This document shows positions 8,018-18,641 of a stretch of 64,000 nt of DNA, in pieces (the stretch's first letter is position 1; the number at the start of each line of letters is the position of its first letter). The translations under genes and the position numbers were made by a program. Source of the stretch: Acidobacteriota bacterium (GTDB lineage: Bacteria; Acidobacteriota; UBA6911; RPQK01; JAJDTT01); the NCBI GenBank assembly GCA_965116695.1, contig OZ220706.1:706415-770414 (forward strand), written 5' to 3'. The notes under the pieces were generated by a model, which saw only the letters and a list, made by a program, of their open reading frames with translations, made no database searches and had not been told where the DNA came from.

Positions 8018-9601
8018 CTAGGGCTGAAACTGGAAGGAAAAGAGCTTGGCGTTCTTGAAGTGGAACCTGAGCTGTACGGGCGTACCCTCCAGTCCTCCCA
8101 CGTCTTTTCTTCCCTGCCAGCTCATGCGGTGACGGCCGGTGGTCCGGATCGGATCGGAGTCCTCCATGGTGAAGCCCGGGACGGGCCGCTGGTTCGAGTC
8201 CAGGATCTCCACCCGGAGTTCGGGAATGCCTGATCCCCAGTTGTGCTTGGCCGCCTCCATGGTCACGTAGAGGCCGTCCCCCTGGAAGCTGAAGGGCCGG
8301 GTCACCAGGCGTCCGGGGTGGAGCTTGCCCGCGTCCACCGAAACGAACCCGTCCCGGGGGACGGTGGCCAGACCGATGGCGAAGATGCCCTTGTCTCCCT
8401 TCTCGTGCAACGCATCGGCGCCGCGCCAGTTCCCGCCGTAGTAGTAGACCAGGACCTTGTCCTTGTGGACGATGGGGGCCTGAAAGACATAGACGGTGGA
8501 TTCGTCGAAGTCCCCGAAGTCTCCCAGCCGGATGAAGGGCTCCCGGTAGTTGCGCTCGTAGTGGAGTCCGTCGCGGCTCATGGCCAGCTCGGGGTAGTGC
8601 CAAGTCTTGGTGGTCCGGAAGATCTCGATGATGGACAGGTAGATCCCGTCGTAGTCGAAGGCAGCCATGGCGTAGAACTCGGTGTCGGGCGAGTCGTGCT
8701 CATCGGGCAGGACGATCAACTGGTCGCGGCTCCAATGGATCAGGTCGGGACTCTCGGCCCGGCCGATGAGCCGTTTCCCCAGGAGACACGCGCGGTGGAT
8801 GCAGCTCTCGATGTGGGCAGCGTACACCTTCCGGATGGGATCCCATCCCATGAACACGGTGGGTCCCCACCGTCCCGGCACCGGAGACGTGTCGATGACC
8901 GGGTTGTTCTCGTAGGGCGTCCAGTTGAATCCGTCGGGCGAGTGGTACAGGTCCAGCATGAAACCCGGATTCCCGGGGGACCCGCGCCGGTGCCCGAGGG
9001 AGACGTACCGCTTGGCCGGGTCGGTGGCATTGGGGTCGCGGAAGGTGGGAACCCGGCTCTCCTCGGGCAGGATGTTGTTGCGGGTCGAGCCGTTGAATTC
9101 CACCTTCCCGAGACTCGGCTTCTCCCAGATCACGCCGTCCCGCGAGGTGGCGAAACAGGTCAACCACACGTCGCCGTTGGAGTTGCCGACGAAACTGTAG
9201 CTCTCCGCCGACCAGACCTTTTCGCGAACCACGCCCTCATCGGTCCACTTGTAGTCGGTGATGGAGGCGCCCTTCTTGACCTTGAAATCGTTGTTGCTCC
9301 GGTACCACATCTTGAACACGCCCTCTTCCTCGTCGTAATAGACGCGGCTGAGGCCGAGATAGTGCCCCTCCCACGGACGGTCGGAGACGATGAGGGGATT
9401 GTTCGGGTGCTTCTGCGCCGGATTGAGCACCTGCTTGGCATTGGACAGGTGCTGAATCATGTAGTCGTCCACGAAAAGCTGGGTCCGGGAGCCGATTTCG
9501 GCGAGCCCCGAACCCGTATCGGCGCCAGCACCGAACGCGGCCGGTCCGGCTGCCAGCATCAGAGCCAATCCGATGATCCAAGTTGTTCCTTGATGTCTCA
9601 T
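8018..9601 (-). CDS. Secreted beta-propeller glycoside-hydrolase-like protein, LFVDDxLI family paralogue 1 (GH32/GH43-like fold suspected)
   Basis: 527 aa; signal peptide; motifs QLFVDDYMI, NPL, PWEG, KMWY; C-terminal beta-sandwich-like tail ending QLRFHFKNAKLFSFQFQP. Paralogous to 27132..29642 and 57308..58984. Confidence 0.5.
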   Translation of the reverse strand: MRHQGTTWIIGLALMLAAGPAAFGAGADTGSGLAEIGSRTQLFVDDYMIQHLSNAKQVLNPAQKHPNNPLIVSDRPWEGHYLGLSRVYYDEEEGVFKMWYRSNNDFKVKKGASITDYKWTDEGVVREKVWSAESYSFVGNSNGDVWLTCFATSRDGVIWEKPSLGKVEFNGSTRNNILPEESRVPTFRDPNATDPAKRYVSLGHRRGSPGNPGFMLDLYHSPDGFNWTPYENNPVIDTSPVPGRWGPTVFMGWDPIRKVYAAHIESCIHRACLLGKRLIGRAESPDLIHWSRDQLIVLPDEHDSPDTEFYAMAAFDYDGIYLSIIEIFRTTKTWHYPELAMSRDGLHYERNYREPFIRLGDFGDFDESTVYVFQAPIVHKDKVLVYYYGGNWRGADALHEKGDKGIFAIGLATVPRDGFVSVDAGKLHPGRLVTRPFSFQGDGLYVTMEAAKHNWGSGIPELRVEILDSNQRPVPGFTMEDSDPIRTTGRHRMSWQGRKDVGGLEGTPVQLRFHFKNAKLFSFQFQP

Positions 9602-9626
9602 TTCTTTCTCCTTGTCCCGATGGAAC

Positions 9627-10682
9627 TCAGATGATGGCGATGGGACGCAGGGCGAACCCCGCCACCGTGCCCCGGATCTTGTTCACGGTGCAGACGTAGG
9701 TGAACTCGTAGACGCGGTTGCGAGAGAGTTCTTCCAGGGCGTGAAACTCCGCGATGTGGACTCCCTGCTCGATGAGCAGGTAGTTGTGGACCGGCATGAA
9801 GGAGCCGTACTTCTCGCGGTAGGCCTGGTTGTCCGCCGCCGTGGGCTTGTACTCCACGCCGCTGGTGTCTCCGCCGACCATCATGGCCCCCTTCTGCTCC
9901 ACCAGCCAGCGGGCCGAGGCCAGGTTGATGCCGGCCGAATCATGCCGGTCGATGGTTTCGTGATCCGATCCGGCGGTCCCCCAGAATTGCGTCGTTCCGG
10001 TCCGGACCAGAACCACGTCTCCGAACTTCAGCGTGGTGCCCTGCTTCTTGAGAGCCCCCTGAAGGTCGGCTGGAGTGATCTCATAATTGGGGGGCAACAC
10101 GTTCACCCCCTTGTAGGCGGCCACGTCGATCATGACCCCGCGGGCAACGATGGGAGGGATGTTGGTGGCGTCGCACTTGCGAATTCCCCAGTCGCCCGAG
10201 TCCTCCGACTCCTTGAAACCGTTGTACCAGTGGTTGTCCTTCCCCTGGGTGGCGTGGCCCAGCCCGTCGATCTGGGTCGCCACGTTGTCGTTGATGAAGA
10301 GGGCGCAACTGTGCCAGGCGGTCAACGAGGGGTTGTCCTGGATCACCCCGGGGATGTCCTTCTGGCTCTTCACGCCGTCGGGAGACCGGAACATGATGAT
10401 CTCGCCCGGACTGTGCCCGGGCCACTTGTAGGAGGTCCGGTCATAGCTCAGCCCCAGATCGAAGACCCTGCCTTTCCGCACCAGCTTCAGGGCGGCCAGG
10501 CGGGAGGCGTCGGTCATCTCGTTGAGCGCCCCCACCTCGTCATCCTTCCCCCAGACCCAGCCCCAGCCCTTCCCCGCCTGCCACTTCTTGGCGTGTGACG
10601 AGGGCGGCACAACGGCCGCGACCATGACGGCCGCCGCTACAAGCCCGATCAGAACGGTGAGGACGAATGGCTTCTTCTTCAT
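9627..10682 (-). CDS. Cyclase-family protein (kynurenine formamidase-like fold), secreted
   Basis: 351 aa; signal/TM N-terminus; QIDGLGHAT motif resembling the HxGTHxD cyclase/arylformamidase signature. Confidence 0.55.
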   Translation of the reverse strand: MKKKPFVLTVLIGLVAAAVMVAAVVPPSSHAKKWQAGKGWGWVWGKDDEVGALNEMTDASRLAALKLVRKGRVFDLGLSYDRTSYKWPGHSPGEIIMFRSPDGVKSQKDIPGVIQDNPSLTAWHSCALFINDNVATQIDGLGHATQGKDNHWYNGFKESEDSGDWGIRKCDATNIPPIVARGVMIDVAAYKGVNVLPPNYEITPADLQGALKKQGTTLKFGDVVLVRTGTTQFWGTAGSDHETIDRHDSAGINLASARWLVEQKGAMMVGGDTSGVEYKPTAADNQAYREKYGSFMPVHNYLLIEQGVHIAEFHALEELSRNRVYEFTYVCTVNKIRGTVAGFALRPIAII

Positions 10683-10737
10683 GTTGGATCTCCCTTACCT
10701 CGAATCAGCCGCTATCGGCGCCACCCAGTCTACTATT

Positions 10738-10765
10738 GGGAGGGGGGACTTTCCTGTCCCCCCTC
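10738..10765 (+). repeat. G/C-arm hairpin element ATTGGGAGGGGGGAC-tttcct-GTCCCCCCTC
   Basis: About 55 bp upstream of the cyclase start, opposite orientation to that gene. Confidence 0.7.
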
Positions 10766-10794
10766 TTGCTCGGCGCACCTTAGCGTCAATTAAG

Positions 10795-10900
10795 CTTGAC
10801 CCCCGCCCCGCGTCTCCCGGATCCGGTTGAGAGCCCGCTTCTGCCTGTCCGGATAGCACCGGTTCAACCAGGACTTGAAGAGCTGCTTCGCGCCATACTG
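10795..10900 (-). pseudogene. Fragment of a PA0069/SplB-type radical SAM gene (C-terminal WLERCYPDRxKRxLNRIRETRGG segment only)
   Basis: About 100 nt alignable at nucleotide level to 16660-16760, the 3' end of the intact radical SAM gene 16481..17593; no N-terminal CxxxCxxC region. Confidence 0.6.
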
Positions 10901-11211
10901 AACATTAGAATCTCTCCCATCGGCCATGGGCTGGCGAGATCCTGAGAGCAACAGGGGTGTTCCAGGAGAGGGTTTTCCTACCCCCGCTCTCGCAGCCTGC
11001 TGTCGATGGCCATGAGAAATGGTTGGTTCGTAAGAGGTCGCCTGAAAGACGCCCTCCAGTTCTCTTTGACCCAATGTCAATTGGAGTTCGGCGGCAAGTA
11101 AACCGCTGTCCCCGGACAACCCCTGTATCTCCCTGGATTGCGCCAGCCGATGGAAGCAACTGCGCATCCCCGTGAGTCAACACCGTTTCTCCGACGGAGC
11201 CGGACACGTCC

Positions 11212-11532
11212 TTGCCGGGACATCTTGACGAACAGTGCCATATTTCACACCATGATGCCGTGATCACGACGATTGACCGGGACGGGAGAGTGGTGGTGCC
11301 GAAGCCGCTCCGCGAACGATTCAATCTGGTCGCCGGGGCACAGTTGGAAATCGAAGCCACTGCAGAGGGCCTGACGCTGCGCAAGGTCGGCGCCGCCCCG
11401 TCACTGGTTCGCAAGGAGGGTCTCCTTGTGCATCATGGCGACGCTCAAGCGACCCTGGATACCGCAGAGTTTATCCGTGCGGAACGGGATCGGCGCAGTC
11501 TCCGAACCGTAACGGAGGACTCCGATTGTTGA
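11212..11532 (+). CDS. AbrB/SpoVT/MazE-type swapped-hairpin DNA-binding protein (VapB-like antitoxin fold), apparently orphan
   Basis: TIDRDGRVVVPKPLRERFNLVAGAQLEIE matches the SpoVT/AbrB domain; start is either TTG at 11212 or GTG at 11260; no PIN or other toxin ORF downstream. Confidence 0.45.
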   Translation: MPGHLDEQCHISHHDAVITTIDRDGRVVVPKPLRERFNLVAGAQLEIEATAEGLTLRKVGAAPSLVRKEGLLVHHGDAQATLDTAEFIRAERDRRSLRTVTEDSDC

Positions 11533-11793
11533 TCTCTCGTTCCGCTCGTGAAACAGATCCGGTATCGATATTCGAACGATCCGAGGCGTTGTTTCGACTG
11601 TAAACGGCTGCGGAAAATCAGATTGCGCAATATTTCACAACCTTTTAACTATATATGCCTTGAAAATCACTGTGAATGCACAGGATTAGATTGGTGTAAA
11701 CTCTTTATGTAATACCCTGTGGCGGTCCAAACCCAGGGAACCGTGGCGCGCCTCGTCAGCCATCGTACGTAGGGGGTGGAAGCATTGCCTTGC

Positions 11794-14700
11794 ATGAGAG
11801 CCATCGTTCGTACGTTACTGTCTGCGATGGCCATCGGAATTTTCGCTGGTCTTCAACTTTCCTCGGAGGTCGCCTCGGCCGCTCCTCGGAGCGACCGCTC
11901 TCGATCCCAATGGGTATACGAACTCCAGCGCGCCCGGGCGCACCAACGGATGGAAAACACGATGTACGCTTCCACGCCCTCTCGCGCGGGCGTGGACGTC
12001 ATGTGCCCTGCCCTGAGCGACGGCCGGCTCGGGCCGCCGATTGCGCTGGACTCGCGCCGTGCCTTCCTGGAGTCCGACGCCAGGAGGTATACCGTCAAGG
12101 CAGATGAAGCCGATGAAACGGAATCGGAATCGGCGTTGGACTTTTTCCTGAACCACGTTTCCGGCCCGGTTGTGCAGGCGAAGTGTGTCAACTGCCATGT
12201 CGATGGAGGTGTGTCCGGACACACACGTCTGATTCTCCATCCGTCCTCGACCTCCGACCATGCAACCCTCAACTTGGCAGTCTTCGAGAACTTCCTGGCT
12301 GACGTCGAAGACGGCGCCACCCTGATTCTGAACAAGATCCAAGGAGTGGCCCACGGCGGCGGGATTCAGGTGCCGGCCGGCTCGGACGCATTCTCCAATA
12401 TGGAAACCTTTCTCGCCCTGCTGGGATATGGGGAGGATGCCAGTCCCGTCCTGACCCCGGAGACGCTGTTCGACACGGTCACGATGGCGTCGCCAGGAAA
12501 GACGTTGTGGCGGGCCGCAATTATTTTCGGCGGAAGAATTCCTACGCAAGAGGAACGTGAGGCCGTCGACAACGGAACCGAGGAGGACCTGCGAAAGGCG
12601 ATCCGGAATCTGATGACGGGACCGGGCTTCCACGAATTCCTGATCCGGGCGAGTAACGATCAGTTGTTGACGGATCGAAACATCGGGTGGGCGATTGACC
12701 CGTTCGGCTCTCGTTTCACCGACTTAGGCAGTCTTTATTGGGCAAAGGCGGAGGCGGCGCGGGATAGAGGACACAGCGATCCAGGGCAGGATCCAGAGTT
12801 TCAGCGTTGGTCTGAGAATGTGCAGTATGGGTTCAGGCGCGCGCCCCTGGAGCTGATCGCGCACGTTGTGGAGAATGATCTTCCCTACACGGAGATTCTG
12901 ACCGCGAATTACATCATGGCGAATCCGATGGCCTCAGAGGCCTACGGCGCATCGACACAATTCGACGAAAGTGAAGACGGCCTGGAGTTCAGACCTTCGG
13001 AAATCGCCAGCTATTACCGGGACGATGACTCCAAGGTTACAGAGTTCAAGTCAGGAATCGGAACCCTTGTTCTGGATCCCGGCAACCTGTGGACAGATTA
13101 TCCACACGCGGGGATTCTCAACACGACCATGTTTCTGAAGCGGTACCCTACGACCCCCACGAACCGCAACCGTGCCCGGGCGCGTTGGACCTACTACCAC
13201 TTCTTGGGACTTGATATCGAGAAGTCCGCGTCCCGGACGACGGACCCGGACGCACTTGCCGATACTGATAACCCCACTTTGAAGAATCCAGCCTGCACAG
13301 TTTGTCACAGCGTCATGGACCCAGTTGCTGGCACCTTTCAGAACTATGGCGAAGAAGGGGAATACCGAGACGAGTGGAGAGGACTGGACTCGCTGGATAA
13401 CCTCTACAAGTTTCCGGAAGATGGTTCAACTACGCCCTATCAACCCGGCGACACCTGGTACCGTGACATGCGCGATCCGGGCTTCGATGGCCAGATCGCG
13501 CCCAACGCGGACAATAGTTTGCAGTGGTTGGCCGAGCAGATCGTAGCCGACGATCGTTTTGCCGGAGCGGCGGTAAAGTTCTGGTGGTCAGCCGTCTTGG
13601 GTGTGGAGATCGCAACGCCTCCAGAGGACGAGAACGACACCGACTTCGAAGGAATGCTGTTGGCGTCCAATGCCCAGACCGGGTACGTGGAGGATCTCGC
13701 CGAAGAATTTCGAACGGGGATCGCCGGTGGCGATCCGTACAACCTTAAAGATCTCCTGGTGGAAATCGTGCTTTCTCCCTGGTTTCGCGCGGAGTCGATC
13801 ACCGATGATAATCCCGTGCGGGCAACGGCGCTGCGGAATGCCGGCGCCGATCGGCTGCTCACTCCCGAAGAGCTTGCGTGGAAGACCGAAGCAATCACCG
13901 GGTACCATTGGGGAAGGGAACCTTCCCCCCGGCGTCATTTCACCGACAGCAATCTGACCGACGCTCACCAATATCGTCTGATCTATGGCGGAATCGACTC
14001 GGACGGCATCACGGACCGTACAGATGACATCACGGCGTTGATGGCGGCCGTCGCCCAAAGCCATGCTATCGAGTCCAGTTGTCCCATCGTGCAACGGGAG
14101 TTTCTGCTTTTTCCAGATGAGGATCGGCGACTTTTCGACGGCATCGACGGGAATGTGTCACCGATTTCGGAGACCTCCGGCACTGCGGTGATCGAAGGCG
14201 CGTCTTGGGCGGAACGAGAGACGAATTCGTGGACAGTATCCTTGGCCACCGGCCCAAAGACGGTGCGTCTGGGATTTCTGAACGATTTCTACGACGACGA
14301 GACCCGGGACGATAGAAACTTGATTCTGGACGAGGTGATTGTCCGCGATCTGGCGGGCAGTGTCGTCGAACATTTCCAACTTGAAACCCTGGAACCAGCC
14401 GATTGCCGAGGGCCCTATTGGGACGAGACGGCGGGAAGGTTGGTGGGGTACGGTCTCTGGTGCAGCTTGTGGCTGGATATTCGTGTGGCCATTCCTACAG
14501 ATGGAGAATACCGAATCGAGGTTGTGGCGTTTCAACAGGCGGCAGGTGATGAACCCGCTGAGCTTGGGATCGTGGTCGAATCGGATATCGAGACCTCGCG
14601 GGGCGCAAGATTGATTCGTCGAAAGCTGGTCGAACTGCACGAGAAACTCCTTGGGGAAACGGCATCGATCGATTCCCCTGATGTAAAAGCGGCATTCGAA

Positions 14701-14991
14701 CTCTTTGTAGAAGTCTGGGAACGGAAACGCTTCAGTGACGGTTGGCAGGATCAGCATTTCGCCTGTGATATTAACGATCTTTTCTATTTCGAAGGAATCG
14801 CAGAGGATGCCGTGCAAGAATTCACCAATGAAGACGGCTACTCCTACTATGACTTCAATTGGGATCGCGTAAGAGAGCTGCGCAGGGAAGTCGGGTGGTG
14901 GGGAGCAGAAGGCCTCCAGAACCCGGTCATCCGGGCGTGGATCGTGGTGCTCGGTTATTTCATGACCGATCACCGGTATCTGTTTCTATAA
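11794..14991 (+). CDS. Large secreted PSD-family protein (DUF1587/DUF1592/DUF1595/DUF1588/DUF1585-type) with CxxCH motifs
   Basis: About 1065 aa from the ATG at 11794; signal peptide; CVNCH and CTVCH haem-binding-type motifs; immediately followed by its canonical partner, a DUF1552 gene. Confidence 0.65.
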   Translation: MRAIVRTLLSAMAIGIFAGLQLSSEVASAAPRSDRSRSQWVYELQRARAHQRMENTMYASTPSRAGVDVMCPALSDGRLGPPIALDSRRAFLESDARRYTVKADEADETESESALDFFLNHVSGPVVQAKCVNCHVDGGVSGHTRLILHPSSTSDHATLNLAVFENFLADVEDGATLILNKIQGVAHGGGIQVPAGSDAFSNMETFLALLGYGEDASPVLTPETLFDTVTMASPGKTLWRAAIIFGGRIPTQEEREAVDNGTEEDLRKAIRNLMTGPGFHEFLIRASNDQLLTDRNIGWAIDPFGSRFTDLGSLYWAKAEAARDRGHSDPGQDPEFQRWSENVQYGFRRAPLELIAHVVENDLPYTEILTANYIMANPMASEAYGASTQFDESEDGLEFRPSEIASYYRDDDSKVTEFKSGIGTLVLDPGNLWTDYPHAGILNTTMFLKRYPTTPTNRNRARARWTYYHFLGLDIEKSASRTTDPDALADTDNPTLKNPACTVCHSVMDPVAGTFQNYGEEGEYRDEWRGLDSLDNLYKFPEDGSTTPYQPGDTWYRDMRDPGFDGQIAPNADNSLQWLAEQIVADDRFAGAAVKFWWSAVLGVEIATPPEDENDTDFEGMLLASNAQTGYVEDLAEEFRTGIAGGDPYNLKDLLVEIVLSPWFRAESITDDNPVRATALRNAGADRLLTPEELAWKTEAITGYHWGREPSPRRHFTDSNLTDAHQYRLIYGGIDSDGITDRTDDITALMAAVAQSHAIESSCPIVQREFLLFPDEDRRLFDGIDGNVSPISETSGTAVIEGASWAERETNSWTVSLATGPKTVRLGFLNDFYDDETRDDRNLILDEVIVRDLAGSVVEHFQLETLEPADCRGPYWDETAGRLVGYGLWCSLWLDIRVAIPTDGEYRIEVVAFQQAAGDEPAELGIVVESDIETSRGARLIRRKLVELHEKLLGETASIDSPDVKAAFELFVEVWERKRFSDGWQDQHFACDINDLFYFEGIAEDAVQEFTNEDGYSYYDFNWDRVRELRREVGWWGAEGLQNPVIRAWIVVLGYFMTDHRYLFL

Positions 14992-15000
14992 GAGGACGAA

Positions 15001-16290
15001 ATGAAACGGCGGACATTTTTCAAGAGCCTGTTGGTCCCCGCCTTCAGCGCGGTGCCGGGATTTCAGTTGCCGCTCGCGAACGCCTCTGACTACGACGGCA
15101 AGTTGTTTGTCTTCGTCCAGGCCGATGGCGGCTGGGATCCGACGAGTTTTTGCGATCCGAAAACGAACACGCCTGGCGAAAAGGTCATCAACCACTGGGC
15201 CGAGGATGGAGAGATACGACAGGCGGGTAATCTCTATTACGCGGATTTCGCGAAAAACGCCGCGTTTTTTGAAAAGTATTTCGACCGGATGCTGGTCATC
15301 AACGGTGTCGACGCACAGACGAATTCCCATTCAGTGGGGATCGTTCATAACTGGAGCGGCCGAGTTTCGGAAGGGTACCCAAGTATGACCGCGTTACTTG
15401 CGGCGCACCTTGCCCCGGGTCTTTCGCTTTCTTATCTCAATTTCGGAGGTTTTTCCTATACGGCCAGTCTTACCACCTTCACCCGCATCAACAAGGCAGG
15501 TTTGATACACAATATTGCGACCCCCGATATCGCATTGTGGGACAGTTCCGTCCCCTATTTCGACTCAGCAGACTGGGAAACCTTCAAAACCTTCCGGGCG
15601 GCCAAAATCGAGCGCTTGACAGAAGCGTCAAACCTTCTTCCCAGAACAGCTCGTAACCGCCAGCTATATAGAACGGCACTCTCGCCCGTAGCGACCGAGG
15701 GATTGAAGCACTATGCGGCCCTCATTCCGCCGGAGGACGATCTGCAGCAAACGGAGAAGTTCGGGCAGTTGAAAAGCGAACTCAGGCGTCAAGCGCAGCT
15801 AACGATCCTCGCTTTCCGGGCGAAGATCGCTGTGAGTGCAGATCTTTGGCTTGGAGCGTTCGATACACATGCCAAACACGATTCGCAGCATAACTGGCTG
15901 CTGGGGAAACTGACGGAATCCGTGGACTATCTTTGGGAGCTCGCGGAAACCCATGAGGTGGCCGATCGGCTGGTCGTGGTCATGGGATCGGATTTCGGTC
16001 GCACCAATCACTACAACGTAGACGAGGGCAAGGACCACTGGCCCATCGGCAGTTTCATCGTGATGGAAAAGAATCAATCCTGGACCAACCGCATGGCCGG
16101 CGAGACCGATGCCCTCCACTTTGCGCACAAGATCCACCCGACGACGCTGCAGCGTGACGACGCTAACGGAACCATCATCCACCCGAAGCATGTTCACAAG
16201 GCGTTGCGGCAGTATTTCGGAGTCGAGAATTCACTAGGAGCCCAGCGGTTCCCCTTCCATAACACCGAGGACTTCGCGTTCTTCGAATGA
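15001..16290 (+). CDS. DUF1552-family protein (partner of the PSD protein)
   Basis: 429 aa; signal peptide; MGSDFGRT and GGWD motifs related to DUF1501/sulfatase-like proteins; starts 10 nt after the upstream stop. Confidence 0.55.
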   Translation: MKRRTFFKSLLVPAFSAVPGFQLPLANASDYDGKLFVFVQADGGWDPTSFCDPKTNTPGEKVINHWAEDGEIRQAGNLYYADFAKNAAFFEKYFDRMLVINGVDAQTNSHSVGIVHNWSGRVSEGYPSMTALLAAHLAPGLSLSYLNFGGFSYTASLTTFTRINKAGLIHNIATPDIALWDSSVPYFDSADWETFKTFRAAKIERLTEASNLLPRTARNRQLYRTALSPVATEGLKHYAALIPPEDDLQQTEKFGQLKSELRRQAQLTILAFRAKIAVSADLWLGAFDTHAKHDSQHNWLLGKLTESVDYLWELAETHEVADRLVVVMGSDFGRTNHYNVDEGKDHWPIGSFIVMEKNQSWTNRMAGETDALHFAHKIHPTTLQRDDANGTIIHPKHVHKALRQYFGVENSLGAQRFPFHNTEDFAFFE

Positions 16291-16480
16291 GTTCCGGAGG
16301 GGACGGTCCTGGTGGGATCGCCGATTCAATGAAAACCAATTTCGATTCGCTTGTCGCACTTTCTCGGACTTCGATCACTTCCGATTGTCAGTCGCTACTG
16401 TGAAGGCTCCGTGAATCGGTGAGGATCGCGCCGCGGTATCGTGCGGGCTTCTCAGGTGCACATCCCGACGTCGACTTGGT

Positions 16481-17593
16481 CTAACCCGTAAACAGGTCCA
16501 ACTGCCGCTTCTCTCCAGGGCGGCGAAAGCCAGCTGCCGAAAGAGCCATGGACTTCCGGTTGAGCCCCAGCCGGCGGCAGGTAACCTGAAAGAGCTCGCC
16601 GATCTGGCGGGCGTAGACCCCCGTTCCCTTCATTCGCTCATGGAACTCTGAGGAATAGAGATTTCCGCCCCGCGTTTCCCGGATCCGGTTCAGAACTCGT
16701 TTCTTTCTGTCTGGATAGCAGCGTTCCAGCCAACCCTCGAAGATTTCCTTCACGCCATAGGGAAGCCGCAGCAGGATGTACGAGGCCGCGACGGCCCCCG
16801 CATCGGAGGCGGCCTTCAGAATCGATGGAATCTCATGCTCCGTGAGACCGGGGATTACAGGTCCCACCATCACTCGGACCGGAATTCCCTGCTCCGACAG
16901 TTCACGGACGGCGGCCAGCCGGGCCGTCGGCGTGGAGGCCCGGGGCTCCATCGTCCGCTGAAGCTTGGCATCCAAGGTGGTAATGGAAAGATTTACGGAA
17001 GCCGCGTCCTTCCCCGCCAGCTCCGAAAGCAAATCGGCATCCCGGGTCACCAGGTAGTTCTTGGTGACGACGGCCGCCGGATTGGTGAACTCCACCAGGA
17101 CCTCCAAGCAGGCCCGGGTGATCCCCAACCGGCGTTCCGCAGGCTGATACGCGTCCGTGACCCCGCTGATGGCGATGGTCTGCGGTTCCCACTTGGGGGA
17201 CAGGAGTTCCTGCCGCAACAACTGGGGAGCGTCCTCCTTGACCAGGATCCGGGTCTCGAAGTCCAGTCCTGCCGAAAGCCCCAGATACTCGTGGTAGGGC
17301 CGGGCGTAACAGTAGCTGCAGCCATGCTCGCAGCCCCGGTACGGATTGATGCTGAATTCGAAGCCGACGTCCGGGCTCTGGTTCCGGGCCAGGATGGTCC
17401 GGCTGGTGTCCCGGTAGAGGCGGGTATCCGGGTGGGTCTCCTCGCCTTCCGGATCGGGAACGTAGTGGATCGACTCGAATCGATTTACCGGATTCCCGGC
17501 GGCGCCGCGGCCTCGGAGGGGTTCGGAAGGCATGGTCTCTTGCTGTCCAATTCGCTGGGGAGCGGGAAACATAATGACAGATTGTTGTGTCAT
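16481..17593 (-). CDS. Radical SAM protein, PA0069/SplB-like (COG1533) family
   Basis: NPYRGCEHGCSYCYA CxxxCxxC cluster; RGRGA..NPVNRFE N-terminal signature; true start may be an internal Met. Confidence 0.75.
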   Translation of the reverse strand: MTQQSVIMFPAPQRIGQQETMPSEPLRGRGAAGNPVNRFESIHYVPDPEGEETHPDTRLYRDTSRTILARNQSPDVGFEFSINPYRGCEHGCSYCYARPYHEYLGLSAGLDFETRILVKEDAPQLLRQELLSPKWEPQTIAISGVTDAYQPAERRLGITRACLEVLVEFTNPAAVVTKNYLVTRDADLLSELAGKDAASVNLSITTLDAKLQRTMEPRASTPTARLAAVRELSEQGIPVRVMVGPVIPGLTEHEIPSILKAASDAGAVAASYILLRLPYGVKEIFEGWLERCYPDRKKRVLNRIRETRGGNLYSSEFHERMKGTGVYARQIGELFQVTCRRLGLNRKSMALSAAGFRRPGEKRQLDLFTG

Positions 17594-17619
17594 CCTTGCG
17601 CCGCAAAAAAGGAGTCCGA

Positions 17620-18411
17620 ATGAAGCCCAACCGACTGCGCCAGAAGCTCGACGCCGGTGAGACCACGGTGTCCACCAACATCTACACCTCTTCCCCCGAC
17701 GTGGTGGAGATGCTGGGACACGCCGGAACCTACGACTACGTGGAATTCGAGGCCGAATACGTCCCCTACGACCTGCACTGGATGGACCACTTCGCCCGCG
17801 TCACGGAACTGTTCCCCCGTCTGTCCGCCATGATCAAGATCGACCAGGAGCCCAGGACCTTCATGGCCGCCCGGGCGATCGGAGCCGGCATCCAGAACGT
17901 CCTCTTCGCCGACGTTCGCACTCCCGAGGAAGCCCGGCAATGCGTCGCCGCCATGAAGGCCGAGACTCCGGGATCGGTGGGTCATCAGGGCTATGGTGAC
18001 CGGCGCGTGGCCCGCTACTTTCTGGATGGTCCGGCCAACTACGTCAGCATTCTGGAGAACTCGGTCGTGGCCCTCATGATCGAGAAGAAGTCCGCGGTGG
18101 ACAACCTGGAGGCGATTCTGGACGTGGAGGGAATCGACATGGTCCAATTCGGCGCTGCCGATTTCTCCCTGAACATCGGCAAGCCGGGCCAATGGGAGGA
18201 TCCCGAGGTCACGGCGGCCAAGAACCGGGTGATCCAGACCTCCCTCAAAATGGGTGTCCAGCCCAAGGTCGGAATTTTTTCACCCGAGGACGCCCGGCAA
18301 TACCTGGACATGGGCGTGCGCCACTTCATCATGGGCGGCGACCTGGGGATCCTCTACTCGTTCTGGAAAGAAAAGGGCCAGAAGCTCCAGGACATCATCG
18401 CCGGACACTGA
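17620..18411 (+). CDS. HpcH/HpaI-family 2-keto-3-deoxy-sugar-acid aldolase
   Basis: About 263 aa; TIM-barrel aldolase pattern; good SD sequence (AAAGGAG) upstream of the ATG at 17620. Confidence 0.7.
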   Translation: MKPNRLRQKLDAGETTVSTNIYTSSPDVVEMLGHAGTYDYVEFEAEYVPYDLHWMDHFARVTELFPRLSAMIKIDQEPRTFMAARAIGAGIQNVLFADVRTPEEARQCVAAMKAETPGSVGHQGYGDRRVARYFLDGPANYVSILENSVVALMIEKKSAVDNLEAILDVEGIDMVQFGAADFSLNIGKPGQWEDPEVTAAKNRVIQTSLKMGVQPKVGIFSPEDARQYLDMGVRHFIMGGDLGILYSFWKEKGQKLQDIIAGH

Positions 18412-18641
18412 TGGGCCAGGGGCCCATTGCTGAAAATCTCGCGTCGTCCGGCAGAGTGACTCGGGCTCTCGATCCTCGACCCCTTTCCCCGGAAACAGGC
18501 TGGCAACAACAGGGGCTGTTCGCCTCCAGTGGGACGTTCGTCATGCAAATCGAACGTGTCGAAGGCGTGGTCGCAACGCCGAAGGGTCAGCTCGCGTGCA
18601 GCGTCCCGGTCACAATGACGATCAGGTAGACGCGGCCGGGG

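Noticed and set aside
7393-8058. 221-aa ORF encoding SGAWKGRRSCPAPGKDAAPVRRLERTPLL repeats
   Set aside because: Translation artefact of the 29-bp tandem array (3 units = 87 nt restores frame). It is intergenic between two minus-strand genes.
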